From positions 9,726,432 through 9,790,431 of the forward strand of contig CM119263.1 in the NCBI GenBank assembly GCA_051294375.1: DNA of 64,000 nt. Direction: 5' to 3'. Shown piece by piece: positions 50,060-64,000 of the stretch. The translations under genes and the position numbers were made by a program. The notes below the pieces were generated by a model. The model saw only the letters and a program-made list of their open reading frames with translations, made no database searches and was not told the DNA's origin. This DNA is from Paraspadella gotoi (taxonomy: Eukaryota; Animalia; Chaetognatha). The first letter of the stretch is position 1. Every line of letters starts with the position of its first letter.

Positions 50060-51019
50060 ATTAAATGAATGGATAATTTTTATATTGATTGTACCAATTT
50101 CATAATAATATAATGACGTAATCATCCGGAAGTATGTCAATACAGAAAAGTCACGCAACACTTCGAATTTGCTCCTTCTTGTTTTTCTTCTCGATAATTT
50201 CCCATTTCTTTTCCTCCTTTAATTGAATTACATTCAATTTTATTCTCATTTCCAACGTTTTACTCGGAAGCTATTAATTTTTTTTATCGAAATACTGTTG
50301 CCCATTAGTAATTAGCCGTTTTAAAGTAGGCTGGTAAGTGCCTAAGCCAATCTCCTTCTGGCGTTAAAGTACAAGGAAGACTTATATAAAGATGTAATTT
50401 TTAACAATTTAATGTCAAAACAAAAATAAAAAATAATATAAAATCGAATTCTTTAATCTTATTGACGTTTCTATTCTTCCTTTTTTTTTCAGACGTTTCC
50501 ATATAGTAAAGTAATAGTAATTCGCTTTTCTTTGCTCTCTGTCCCTCCCTTTATTTTATCGTTGTTCTTTCCTTTCCTTTTTTTTTATTCCCGAATATTC
50601 ATTTCTTTGTTTTCCTTCTTTTGGTTTATCTCCCTTTTTTAGAGTTAATCCTCCACTTCCTTTCACCTTTTTCCGTCTTCACTATTCATCTCCTTTTAAC
50701 CTCACAGTCTAATGATTTCTCTTCCTCACCTCAGCTTCAGCTAAGACCACCACCAAATTTTGTCTCAGCCGATCCGGCGGAACTTTTATTTCCTTTCTTA
50801 CCCGATCGGCCGCCACAACTCTTAATGTCCTTCTTCGGTTGTCTTATCCGAGTTTCTCAGCAATCGATTTCTTTTTACTCCTCTCCTCCTCTTTACCTTC
50901 TTTCCTCTTTTCTTCTTCAACTTTTCTTTTCTTTTTCCTTTCTTACTCTTTTCTATTTTCTCTTAATTTCTCTTTCTCCTCATCCTTTTTCATCCTTTTC
51001 TACTTCACGTTTCCTTTCT

Positions 51020-51345
51020 TTTTTCTTCCTCCACTTTCTATTCTTTCCTTCTTCCTTTCCTCATTTTCTTTTCCTCCTTCACTTTTTCTTCCTCCACTTT
51101 TTATTCTTTCCTTCTTCCTTTCCTCATTTTCTTTTCCTCCTTCCTTTTTTCTTCCTCAACTTTTTATTCTTTCCTTCTTCTTTTCCTCATTTTCTTTTCC
51201 TCCTTCACTTTTTCTTCCTCAACTTTTTATTCTTTCCTTCTTCCTTTCCTCATTTTCTTTTCCTCCTTCACTTTTTCCTCCTCCACTTTTTATTCTTTCC
51301 ATCTTCCTTTCCTCATTTTCTTTTCCCCCTTCACGTTTCTTTCCT
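51020..51345. repeat. Pyrimidine-rich minisatellite, ~63 bp x 5
   Basis: TTCTTCCTCCACTTT.TATTCTTTCCTTCTTCCTTTCCTCATTTTCTTTTCCTCCTTC repeated; explains the FFLHFLFFPSSFPH ORF. Confidence 0.9.
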
Positions 51346-53001
51346 TTTTTCTTCCTCCACTTTTGATTCTTTCCTTCTTTCTTTCCTCATTGTATTTTCT
51401 TCCTCCACTTTTTATTCTTTCCTCATTTTCTTTTCCTCCTTCACTTTTTCTTACTTTCTCTTTCCACCACAAGAGCGAAAATTGAAACTACCATCAGTCG
51501 GCGACACAATTTAGGAAAAACTTTTTTTTTTTGTTTCCGAATCCATAATTGAACAATTTCTTTTCTGTTCCGTATTAAGTTCGTTGGTTCGATGTTTCGG
51601 ACAACAGATGAACTGACTAGAGTTTCTTTGTTCACAAGATGATTTTTTTTTTCATAATTGACGCTTTATTAAATTCCTTGTATGATGTGATTGTTTTATA
51701 ACAATTGCGTTGTAATACATACTTACGGAAGCGAAGGTAAAGAGTATCTGACAAAAGATACGCGTAAAGTAAATGTGGCGATTAATGATGGTATTCAAAA
51801 AAGGTGGGAGAGTGTACGCTCGTTAAGGTCATTGGACACAATGACAACTACAAAATATTTGTCAGCACATCTCGGAATTTTAATCATTTTCCTTTCTTCA
51901 TCTAGAAACGATATTCAAAAAATGTAATTAATTTTTTTTTCTTTTCCTCCTCTGTTCCGTTTTAAAATCCATTATTTTGAATTGTAAAACATTCAATTTA
52001 TGCTCGTTTTTTAATGGGTGTATGGCATATTGAACGTACTGTTTCAACAATTTGGTGTTAAAGAATTAAATTCCGATACGTACCATTCGGCGTATCATGC
52101 TCCGCGAAAGCCGACATTCATTGATAAGATATTCGTTCAGTGCTCTCTGTATCACCAACTCCAAATTACACAATGCGGATGTCAAGTTAATTGATGTTCC
52201 ATTTTAACTCAAATTTTTCAATCACTGAGAAATCACAATAAATATCAAATTGTTTGACCCTATATTTTGTTTTCCTTTCGCTGTTGTTTTGTTTTCTTGG
52301 CATAATGTTTTTATCTTTCTCTGTTTTTCCTTCTCGTGACTCAAAAACTGTTTCCAATCTATTTTTCAAGTTTTTATTAATCCGTTCACGTTTTCCTCTT
52401 TGCCCTGTTTTTTTTTTCTTTTTTTTATGTTTTTTATTCCTTCGTATCTTTTGTTATTTGTTATTTTTAAATTTTCTTTTTCCTTTCTTTAAATTATTTC
52501 TTTTTACCTCTTTTTTTCTTAGCGGTTCGCACGATAAACTTCAAGTGAAAAATCAACGATGACAAAAATCTGACTTTATTCTTCTTTTTTCCCTTCTTTT
52601 TCCTATTATCCTTTTCGTAATTTTTATTATACTATACTTTTCCTTTATTATTATTATTTCTATTATCATTTTTATCATTATTATCATATTATTATTACAG
52701 TTACGTCTTTAACCCGAAATCTGCTTAAAACCAACTGTGACAGTTGAGATAACTGATTTTCTTTATTTTAAATCTCACTGATCTTCCTTTTCATTCCCGC
52801 CATTTTGAATCCTTCTTCTGCCTCCAAATCTTCGCCGGATCCTTTTTTAAAAAAATAAAATGAAAAAGTCAAATGAAAGAGAATTAAAGCAAAGAAAAAA
52901 TACAAAAAAGAAAACTAGGAAAGAGAAAATATAATAAATAGAAAAAAAAAGAAAAAAGAAAGAAATGAAAAAAGTGGATCTTTGTCAAACTTCCTTCTTA
53001 C

Positions 53002-53042
<41 letters not shown>

Positions 53043-53048
53043 TAATTT

Positions 53049-56000
53049 TAGGGCGTTGAAAAATTAACAAAATAAAACAAATTGAATTAGGTACATAGCG
53101 TTTTTTGGTGTAATAGAGTCTGAAGAATTTAATGGTGATAATGAAAAATATTCTATCAATACATCTTGTTTGTCGAATTTTACGATTTATTATAAAAGGA
53201 CTGATGCTAAAAAATTAATAAAAAATTAGTTGATGAAAAGTGTGTTGAGTTTCGATTTTTTTTAGTTTTAAGTCGATTAAACCTTATATTAGATATCAAA
53301 ATATGCACAGAAATAAGATAAAATGTGAAAATGATCATTTAAATGCTTTTCGTTTCCATTCAAACCATATTAATTTTTTTATCATTTCTCGAAATTCTGG
53401 AGAATGCGAAATAGAGCAAGAACGAGATAGAGATGGAGAAATAAAGAGAATAGAGAGTAGAGAGAGAGATAGTATGAGACAGATAATTGAAAGAATGAGA
53501 AAGAGAGAGAGATAACCTGGTCAAGCCAGCGAGCGGTGGGGAAGGAAGCTGTGGTTGAAAGGCTTGGGCGAAAGTTGAAGCAAGATGGCCACGAGCAAGA
53601 AAAAAGCTTCGCTTATTGTGGGCTAATTTTTCAGAAGCCATAGGTCCCTCTAAACCGCTTCCAGTCTCTGACCTTCCAACACTTCGCGATGTTCTTCAAC
53701 AATGTTACTTCTCAAAGAACGAAATGTCATCCAGCACAAAACTTTTTCTATAATTGAAAGCGTCGCCAAAATGATTCTCGAGAAATGGGCTTGCGCGAAT
53801 GTAAATCTCGTAAAAGAAATGTTCGAATTAATGACAAAGCCATATTTTGAAATAAAACGCAATTGGGATTTGCTGGTCTCGCTGGTCGGAAAAAAAAAGA
53901 AGAAAATATTTTTTGGTCCTTTCTTTGACCGCCTGGATAAACTTTTTTCAATTCTTCATTGTCATTGTTCCTTCATCTCTTGCGAAAATGCGGGATGTCA
54001 AAAAAATGATGTCAGCCAAACGCACATTCCTATATGCTTCCTGGTCCCAGACATCAGAAGGTGAGCCTAATTTAATTATAATAGAATATATTTTGCAAGA
54101 AATAAGAAAACATTTTTTTTCAGATTCCAGTTTTAGAGAGCTCCCCTTTATTCGGGACCAGATTGAGAAGACTGGTTCCAAGGGTTCTTTCCAAATTCGG
54201 CCTCATCGACGTTGCAGAATCGAAGCGAATTGCGAAGACTCTAAAGCGAAAGTCGGATAAAGCTTCGGCCGAAGAGAAGAGGCAGCGAATGCAAGAGCTT
54301 CGCGAGGATGAGCTTCAACTGTCGTGTTGAAGCTTTTATCTCCGAGGAAAGAGATGGAAAGGAGGGTCAAGGCTGAACACGCTGATGGGGAGGCTGATGT
54401 TGTACCCGACTTTTGCCATCTACGAACTGACCGCGAACTTCACGAGTTAAAAGTCAATCGGATTCATTTTCCAAATGTTGCTAAACAAAGCGTTCGGTTT
54501 GGAGTCTCAGTCGGAGCAACGGCGGCAATAGCAACGGCGCCCTTGTTGATGCAGGAGTTGTCATAAAGAAAACAGCACTCACGTAATCTCCAAATCAAAA
54601 ATGTGGCACGAAGTTAATCGATGTTTAGAAAAGTTTCAGTATATATTATCTATTGAAATAAAAATTATAATACTTTTAGTAGCTAAATTAAGACAGCATC
54701 TAAATAATAATTAATACTCTGGTTATGACAAAGTTTTGAAATTAGGTAATATATTAATCTTATTGGGAAAAATATATTGTATTGGTCTTTATATTCTCTC
54801 TGCCAATGAATAATAAATAAGATTGAAATAAATTTTTTAGGAACTTTCCGTCGAAAAGGATACAGTGTGTCTCATGTTTGATGGAAAGACGGACAAGACC
54901 AATGTGATGCTTCTGGACGAAAATGGCCGTCGTTATCCATCAACTCGTCTTGAAGAGCATGTCACACTCGTCGGCCAACCGGGAGACATTTTTCTCGCCA
55001 CGTTACACCGAGGCAAAAGTGCGCGGACGTATCGCCGATTCGATTTGGAATTTCTTGGTTGAAAACAATTTGGAGTCAAAATTCTCGTGATTGGCGGAGA
55101 CTCGACGCCACGAATACAGGGAGAAAAGGTGGAATCATCCGTCTTCTTGAAGAAAAATTAGGCCATTCGTTTACTTATTGACATTTGTAAAATTCACACG
55201 AACGAATTGCCCCTTCGCCATCATATGTCAAGAGCGAAATATTCCAACCATCTCTAATAATGCATATGGAGGTATAAAAAATATTATCTGTCATATGATA
55301 CTAAAATTTTTTATACCCACTTCTCATGATCCAAACTTTATACATGTATTCTCGACTCTCTCTCTCTCTCTCTCTTGTGAATTGATTCAAAACGCCAACC
55401 TTGGGACTAATAGCGTGAAAAGTGTATTTTGTTAGGAAATGCTGTGAAACTTTGAATTATTGCTACAATATTTTTTAATTTTCAGATATCCTGGCGTAAA
55501 AGCAATTGAGAGGTTCGGTGGAGAGACTATGGAGTTAACCAACGAAACCACCGACTTACAAAACGCACAAAACCTCTTATCCAACTCCCAACGTCGAATT
55601 CCTCCAACTTCCCGACGCTGTCGTCAATGAATACTCTCAGCTAAACGACACAAACATCATAATCGGTCCCCAAACATTCGCGATGCTGTAGCAGGATATA
55701 ATGGGAGAAAAACCGTCGACGAACATCTGTTACCCGTCTCGAAGCCTGACCCACTCACGTCATTCACAGGTGGCTGACAACAGCAAACCGTATTTCTTCG
55801 CCTCTTATGTCAAGCAAACGAGTTTTTCACACACGCAGTTAAAAAGCCAAGATACATCAACAGAAACTGAACTGATTGTAACCACCACCTTATCCACTTG
55901 TACCAATGTGGTCTCCAATCAGTGAACCCATCCTGTTGAATGGTCCCATCAGTTTAATGAATGAAAAACCGTTCGCTCGCACATTTTACGAACCCTAAAT

Positions 56001-56818
56001 GACAATCCACCGCCAGAACCTGCGGTGAAAAAACAGATACTTGATGACGGAGCTTGGCACGCTCCATCCAGAAATAGTTTTACTCACATCTCTTGTCTAT
56101 TCGGACTGCGGCGAGAGAGAGTTGCTGGTGACGAAAATTTGTGAGATACGCGGAAATAGTGAGTTGGGGAACAAAAAAGTATTCGAGAGTTTCGCGTTCC
56201 TCGCCCTAAAATTGGTCTGAAACAAAAATCTCCAAGAATGATCGATTGAAAAGCTTTCTGAGCCAATCCTTACCGCAGATTTTTCAAAAACAGAACTTCA
56301 TATGTTTTTTAAACAAACCTTTTGAAATAGGTCACATACCCTGCCACACCCAAAAGTGTGGAAAGGTAGTTAAGAGGTTACTGTTGCGTCATTTCAAGTT
56401 TTCGGAGAAGAGAGACGCGATGGTTATGTTTTTTGCTCGTTGCCATGCACGTAAGCTTGTCCCAAACCTTGACAATAAAGCTGATTTTCCTTGAAATGGT
56501 TGATTTCATTTATTTTGTTATTGGTGTTTATATAAATAGATACCAGTTTTTCCTTATTATCCTGGTTGTTTCAATAAATTTTACTTTAAAAATTGTTATT
56601 TATTTAAAAAAAACTCATTATTATAATTTTTGTAAATATAAAATCGGTGCATTTTGAGTGTCTTAAAAAATCAAAAAATTCGACAAAGAAGATGTTATGT
56701 TAGAAACATTTCAATATCACCATTAATTCTGCAAGACCGTATTACACCAAAATAGCTATGTACCTAGTTAGATTTTTAATATCTCCATAGTAGATAAATT
56801 TTGTTATTCAACGCCCTA
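53049..56818 (+). mobile_element. Decayed cut-and-paste DNA transposon, divergent hAT superfamily (hATm/hATx-like), with ~140-150-bp imperfect TIRs
   Basis: Ends TAGGGCGTTGAA (53049) and TTCAACGCCCTA (56818). The inverted match continues inward (TAGGTACATAGC..TTTTGGTGTAATA, TTAATGGTGATA, ACATCTT.TTTGTCGAATTTT). Internal transposase fragments are present. No clean TSD. The subfamily assignment is from memory of motifs. Confidence 0.8.
53620..56490 (+). pseudogene. Frameshifted, intron-containing DDE transposase pseudogene
   Basis: Ordered fragments across frames: VAKMILEKWACANV; LDKLFSILHCHC; ELPFIRDQ; RFGVSVGATAAIA; LMFDGKTDKT...EEHVTLVGQPG (D1, 54880); IGGDST (D2, 55099)..TGRKGGIIRLLEEKLG; ICKIHTNELP (CxxH); IPCHTQ/SVER (E, ~56360). 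Probable introns ~54639-54840 and ~55272-55484. Many stops and frameshifts. Confidence 0.8.
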
Positions 56819-58536
56819 TAATTATATATCAACATTTGAAGTAACGAATAATAACGAATTATTAACCTGCAAATATATCCTTGTTAGTTTTCCTTTCGTT
56901 TTTCGTTGGTCTCTCTATCTCCCTCTCTCTTTTTAATTTTATACTTTCTAAAGCATAGTACTTCAAAACTGTCTAATGCACCGCGCACACACATTATTGT
57001 TCGAAACATGTCTGCATTTAATAATAATAAAAATACGTTGTGAAAATCAAAATCTCTGTTTCTAAATATATCCTTATAAAAATATCCGTTTGGATTTTTT
57101 GTCGCTCTCCAAGAATCAATTTTCTTTTTTTTTTATTCCTCGTCTCAACTCGTTTTTCGATTCAAATTCAGTTTTTCTTTTTTTTTTGTTTTTTTTTTTC
57201 AAAGATTTTCAATGACTCAAAAATCTCTTTTTTTTTTCTCAGATTTCGTCTCCGTCCTCCTCCTCCTTTTATTCTTCCTCTTCCTCTTCCTCCTCCTTCT
57301 CTTCCTCCTCATCCCGGGACGTCACAGTCACCTCGACCGCGAATGAGCGTCACGCGTCTTCGCCGGCGTCTCACGTGACGTAACAGAATCGCTCGAGATG
57401 CCGTCACGTGATTAAGACCGGGTGACTTTGATCCCCGCCGATGATCGGACTCACGGAATTTTCGTCCGCTCGCGAGACGACGACGACGACAAAAGTGACG
57501 ATCTCGACGCGTTCAAAAATCGCCCGGGAACATAAAAAAAACAAAACAAAACAAAACAAAACAAATAAACAAACAGTTTTTGATCTTTTCTTCTCAACTT
57601 TTTCATCCGAAAGGGACGAATGAACCAACTTAAAAAATTCCGCCAAAATACAAAACGTCGTCTCATTCTCGAAACGAAACCCCCACCCGCCCCCACATTC
57701 GTGGATAATTGAACCCTTAGGCTCGTCGCAGGGCATACCAGTTAAGCATTTACAGTATCTATCATTCTCTCCATTCTCTCTCCTCCGCCGGGCGACAGAG
57801 CGAAAGAGGTTGTGCCCGCTGTAAATGCATTATCTGGTATGGAACCTGAGGCGTGGCATCCTCGCATCCCTCCACGCACGCGCCAATATACGGTTTATTT
57901 TTTTCAACCCTTTAATTTTATTTGGAATTTCCGGTTTACGTGTGTGTCCGTGCTTGTGTGTTATCTCGTTATAAGCATGAATTCTTTCATAATCATGAAT
58001 TTATGGCGTTGTTCTTCTACTAATTATCAATACTTAAAGTTTCGATTCTGGTGAATAGTTCACTTTTTCCATTATTTTTATTTCAGTTATACCTTTCTTT
58101 CCTTCCTACGACAAATATTTTTTTACCCCACTAAAATAAAAATTGGTAAAAAATTAACTTTAAAAGATTATAGTAATTAGCGTTTAAAAAGGTGATAATT
58201 TTATAGTTTTTAAACGTTTGATATATTTTTTTCGCCTATTCAAAATTTCGTTACTTGCAACGTCAACGGAAATTTTGATTGTTTTATCAAGCAAGCTCTG
58301 CGGAAGTATGTTAAGATTTTTTTTAAAAATCTTTGTCATTCCGCCGACTAAAAATAAAAAAATCGAATCATCGGGATTTTGAACCAGTATTTATTTTGTG
58401 GGAACCGAATTCCTTCAAGGGATCGGATCTTGTTGTGTGTCCTTTTTTTGTTTCATTTTCAAAGCAAAGGGTTTTCAACAATTCTCAATTAGACTATTTT
58501 TAAACAACTCTTGGGGGTTTTTCTTTTTTTTCTTTT

Positions 58537-58567
<31 letters not shown>

Positions 58568-58908
58568 CTTTTTTTTTCTTTTTTTTCTTTTTCTTTCGTC
58601 CATGAATCATCGTATAGAAAATTTTAGAAAAATCCTGTTGCGTCCAAAAGGATTCAGTGGCGTCGAACAATCGTCAGCGAAATAACTGTTTTAATAATAT
58701 ATAACTGTTTGAACTTTAAAAGATAATTTAACAAAAAGTAAACTTTCAACTTTCGCGTGAGACGGATTTCCTCCTTCCAACTTCAAATGAGACTCACATT
58801 TTTGGCCTTCACTCTCACAGGAGATTCATTCACTATTCCTCCAAAGACAAAACCAAAGTAGCGTCATTTGAATTCGCACCGTCACACCGGGATAAATTGC
58901 CATGTAAC

Positions 58909-59008
<100 letters not shown>

Positions 59009-59075
59009 CCTCAATTTTCTTTTCCATCCTGTGATGCGTAACGAATCTTCTTCTCTCATCAAAGAAGCCAGAAAA

Positions 59076-59718
59076 AAAACAACGCTTTTTTCGGAGTTTC
59101 CCATTTTTCTCTTTTATTTTTTGTTTTTGCTTTTTAGACGCGTCTGTTTTTTTTTTCGCTTCATGATTCTTGCTGATGCCGCGACTCCCGGCTTCGACCA
59201 AACGAAGACTAAAACGAGGCTCCAGCCAAAAAACAAAAGATAAAAGAGAAAAAATTACTATTTTTCTAAACTTTTCCTTTTTTACTCTCTTTTTCTCTCT
59301 ATCTTTCTGTCTCTAACTCTCTCTATCTCTTTTTCTCTCTCTCTCTCTCTCTCTTTCTCTTTCCTTTCTATTCTTACTTTAATTTATACTTTATTTTTCT
59401 CTCTCAAACGCATTTATTTGCTGACCATTCTATACCTTCCCGTTAGTCCAACGCCATTATTAATTTTTAAATGTCCTTCATGTGACCTCGGATTTATTAT
59501 TGTTTACGACCAACCACTCTCGTACGACAGCCAGCAAACTTATTACATAAACAGCATGAGGAATTTTATTAGGGTTTAGCCGTTTGCTCCTTTAATCGTC
59601 CTTTTGTTCAAGATTGTCTTCTTACCTTTTAAAAGAAAACAACGCTTTTTTTAGAGTTTCCCATTTTTCTCTTTTATTTAGTTTTTGGTTTTGCTTTTTT
59701 AGACGCGTCTGTTTTTTT
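59076..59718. repeat. Local ~80-bp direct duplication (59076-59155 and 59636-59718)
   Basis: AAAACAACGCTTTTTT..GAGTTTCCCATTTTTCTCTTTTATTT...TTTTTAGACGCGTCTGTTTTTTT present twice, 560 bp apart. Confidence 0.85.
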
Positions 59719-61994
59719 GTTTTGGTTTTTTTTATCGAGTTATATTCAAAATTTATCTGCTGTCAATACAATATTTACAATATTGTCCGAGTCTTCGAGC
59801 TATTTTGTAAATATTTCCAAAATTTTATTTGAAGCAGTAATAATTGAAATAATCTTTTTAAATTATGATTATGAAAGAATGTATCAAGAACATATATCCA
59901 TTATGGTAAGCCTTATTAGCAATTACCAATTTCACAAAATGGCTCCCGAAGAAAGAATAGACTTTTGCAACTGCGAATGTTGAACTGACCCTACTGCTGC
60001 TGCTCCATTGCTAAGTTTAAAAAATCAGTGACGTTGTGCTAATGTTAGTTTATATCTATTTTAACAAATTCCGGCGTAGAATGCTCTTAATGTCTTAGGT
60101 ATAATACTCATGTCTCGATAGTAATTACAAATCTAGATAGTGAACAATACTTTTTTTAAACTTTTCTGAGACTACAAATAAGAAATACTAATTATTCAAT
60201 TAAAGTATAAATTAAAATGTCAATCTGAGTTTCGAACTAAAGGCAAGACTTAGAAGATTCAAAATTTTTTTTAATTAATTAATTATCAATTTCTTTAGCA
60301 TTTTGGGTATCGATTGAAAGCAGATTCCAAAAATGTATTTGATTTTTATTTAAGCCAACGGTAAAGCTGAAAAGCTTGCTTAGGTCGAGTAAATAATTTA
60401 GCAGCAAGAGAAACTGACATGTCGAGTCAAAATATCTTTTTTTCCATTATTCTATTACGTAATATCCTGGATTTTTTTTGGGGGGGGCATCGACTTTAAG
60501 CTAAGATCATGAAGTTTCTATAAATGTTTTCGGTTTTAATCTACATGTAACCGTTCTTAAGTAATTAAGGCCCAAAGTTAATCCCAAAATATTTCATCCC
60601 TGCTTGTCAACGCCCTCTTCCACATATCAAACAAGAAACATCGTCGTCGTCGTCGTCGTCGTCATCCTCCCTCATCGATCTAAATGCGTCTCCGTCGACC
60701 ACGCCCCCCCCCCACCCCTCGACGCGTCTCGCAAGAATCAAAGACCAACCCTCCCTCCCCCCACGTCCTAACAAAAGGTCACTGACTGGCGTTTCGGTGG
60801 CAGTGTGGTTAGCTGGTTGTTGAAACTGTTCTATACAACCGCTATTCGCCCTGCCTAAGAAAGGCTGGGCACAACCACGACCGTTCTCGTTAAGCCAAGG
60901 AAAACGAAAGAAAACCAAAAAAAACGAAAGAAAACGGAAGAAACAGAAGAAAACAAAAGGAATAAATAAAAGAGATGAAGGATGAATGTCGGGGGATCTG
61001 AACGCGTTGTGTATCTCCACGCGTCTCTGTTATTAATGCTTTTTTTTCATCTTATTTCAGTTTCGCTTGGAGCAACGGAACCGTGCGGGCGCGGACTTGG
61101 ATTTGTCAAAAACATGTAATATGAGCTAACCGTCTTTATTATACTAATGTAAAAATTGTAACATGTTAGATAACCTTTTTGAATTTTACTTTCAATATGT
61201 TTTTTCGACTTAATAAGTCCTCCACATATGTATCACGGGAAAGATTTTGATGCGTACTAGTTTTAGTTGAACAGAAATAAAAAAATAAAAATATTGATAT
61301 GTAACTTTTATTGTAATTTTATAATTTGTAATTGTCGTTTTAATCGATGATGACCCAACAATTAACACGATAGAGTACTAAACACTTGTTTCGTCACATA
61401 TCATGTTTCTTGGCGCGAATTAATATAGTACTAAACGATTTGAGAAAAAACTGACGTTTTTTAAACGCAGTATAAATGAAACGATAAAAATTTCCTTCTT
61501 CTTCTTTATGCTACTCACGCAACGAAAAGATATATCCGATTACAATTAAAACAAGCAATTTTTTTATTTTGTTTACTAAACATATTATAATTATATATTG
61601 TTTAGTTTCGAGAACCAGTGATCAGGAATCTGTGATCAGAAGCAGAATCATGACTGATTCCCTTTTTCCCCATTATGTCGAGGCACACTCCTTGACAGAA
61701 ACCAAAATGTTTAATTTAAGAATGCGCTTGTCTTCTGTTTAGAATTTTCTTTTTGTGGATTTTGTTTAAGATTCATGCAGCGCAATGATTTTTTTTTCCC
61801 ACGTTGTTACTTGTTAGTGTTTTTCTTTTCCCCCGCAGTTTTTCACTCCATTCGATTCACATGTCAAACGTTTCTATTCCCTTTTACCCACTCACTTTCT
61901 CCTCTCCTTTTCTTTTTCTCCTCTTTCTTCTCTTTGCCTTTTTTTCCTTTTTTTCCTTCTCTTTCTCCTCTTTAATTTTTATTTTCTTTGTCTC

Positions 61995-62190
61995 CTCTTT
62001 CTTCTTTTTACCTTTTCTTTCCTTTTTCTCCTTCTCTTTCTTCTCTTTACTTTTCCTTTCCTTTTTCTCCTTCTCTTTCTTCTCTTTGCCTTTTCTTTCC
62101 TTTTTCTCCTTCTTTTTCTTCTCTTTGCCTTTTCTTTTCTTTTTCTCCTTCTCTTTCTACTCTTTACTTTTCCTTTCCTTTTTCTCCTCT
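61995..62190. repeat. Pyrimidine-rich minisatellite, ~36 bp x 5
   Basis: CTTTTC.TTTCCTTTTTCTCCTTCTCTTTCTTCTCTTT repeated. Confidence 0.8.
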
Positions 62191-64000
62191 TCCTTTTTTC
62201 ACCTCTCCCTCATCTTTTTTCATCCATTTAACTTTAAGTCTTTATTCCGTTCATTAACCAATCAACTCCCCTTTACTCTCAATCACCAACTTATGCTACC
62301 AACTTTCCCCGTTTCCCTTTTCTTTTCCTTTTCCTTTTCCTTTTCCTTTTCCTTTTTTTTTTTAAATCTCTTCATTTCCCACCAACAACAACAACAACAA
62401 CAACGAAGCAGACGACGACGTCCATGATAACGTCGACTTCTTATTTCGTCTCGGATCATTGATTACGTTTGTTGCCAAGAAGAAGATGGCGTTTCGATGC
62501 CGTCTGAATTACGGCCGATGCGATTTCTACAAAACTATCGACATTTTACACACGGAACTGGATATTTTATTTATTTTATTTATTTATGCTATCACTGATA
62601 TGTTATTACCTGTTTCCAAAGGAATATGTAAATAGTTCTATACGTGCTGATGGAATGGTTGGAAGTTAAACAACAAACCGAAAAATAAATCTGGTATATC
62701 TTAATCATATAATAATATATACCTTGATAGGAAAAAAATTCACTTTAAAATGTAAAAAGTATTTTAAAAAAATGTCTGAATCATTTGTTGTCTGACTTAT
62801 TAAATATGATAATGGAATAATTCAATAATTAAAACTTTGAACAAATTTCTTAACGTTTTTATCAACTGAAATATATTGAATCAAAGCTCTTTTCTCTTAT
62901 TTTTTAACTTGATTCCCAGAAAAGATGCGTTTTTGTTTTACGAAAACGGATGTTTGGTTCCGAAGTTTAAGCCGTGACTGCCATCTTTTGCCAATTCCTG
63001 GAGAAACAAAAATAATTTTTTTAATACTCTCCGTGATCATTTGTAAATAGTTTCGTGATTTTTTGTAGTGATTATTATTTAACACTGTGGTACATGGTCT
63101 CTGGACCTCTTTTTAGAAAAAATTAATACAATATCATTTTACAAAAAAGATCCGAAAATATATTGTTTTTTTCATTTATGAAGTTGAGTTAGTCGTTTAA
63201 AGCTTAATTTAATCTATTAATATTACATATAAAGTATTTTTCTGAATTTTCGAAAATTCAAATTTATTTCAATAACATATGCTGTTTGTAACTAACATAA
63301 CGCTACGCAATCAAATGTCATACATGTAAAGGCCTCGCTTATTTCGCCTCGTCTTGTGAAACGAAAAAGAAATGCGATAATTCGTTTAATTTTCATGGAT
63401 TAAGACGAAATCTTGAATAGGTTTTGCGTGACCCCCACCCATTTAGGAAGGCTAAAGGTAAAACCGTAAAAGAGAGAAAAAGATTTGTCACGATTCTTTG
63501 ATATAGTATATAGTATATGTATAGTATTGTAGCTGGAATTTGAGTGTGAAAACAAAAGATACAAAAAACTCCAAATTTTGGTGTTTCCACAGATTTCAAA
63601 CCCACCTTTTCGATGAGTTCATCTGAATTCATATAGCATTAGATTGTATACATCTTTCACATGATGCACATTGTATTATTAATTTTGAAGAGACAAAGGA
63701 CTTTTGTTCGTCGTAAAGAGCACTAAAGAGCGCGGCAGTTGTTTTGTAAGACCTGAATAAAATTAATTGTTCTTTTTACCCAGAAATATTACGTAATTTA
63801 TTTTGTACTCTATTTACATCACGTTTCTATCTTAAAATTGGGTAAGTGAAGAAAGGAGTTGGTTATGGTCTATATTCTCCAAAAAAAAATTACGTATATA
63901 TTTGGGAGAATGAAAATTCTTATTTCCAGACTTTTGTTTAAATAACAGCTATTTGGCAATGCAGAAAACTGAACGGTCGGGCATTTAGACTGTAATTAAT

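Overview
AT-rich, microsatellite-dense eukaryotic genomic DNA, almost certainly animal, with GT-AG spliceosomal introns. Most ORFs in the supplied track are artefacts of (GA)n, (GAC)n and pyrimidine-rich repeats. Two spliced genes can be reconstructed, arranged head-to-head. (1) A minus-strand gene of at least 11 exons (10625 to <=1112) encodes a >1,250-aa, mostly disordered protein with one clear PDZ domain and an N-terminal KRVRF (RVxF) motif. (2) A plus-strand 7-exon gene (12306-15205, 281 aa) encodes a TMEM72-like four-TM protein whose tail carries YxxL/dileucine and two NPF-acidic motifs. The remaining ~48 kb is largely non-coding, apart from one possible BTB-encoding exon. Mobile elements: a 740-bp non-autonomous LTR element (TRIM) whose LTRs carry a tRNA-type Pol III A/B-box cassette (30701-31440); a 1-kb foldback element built from a ~20-bp minisatellite with an 8-bp TSD (7940-8950); a decayed 3.8-kb hAT-superfamily DNA transposon with TIRs (53049-56818); and several small palindromic or dispersed repeats. 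The best leads are the tRNA-LTR TRIM, a perfect 28-bp intronic hairpin enclosing a complete in-frame 15-nt micro-exon, and a hairpin-rich non-coding block at ~22.2-22.55 kb. Everything was read by eye; no searches were run.
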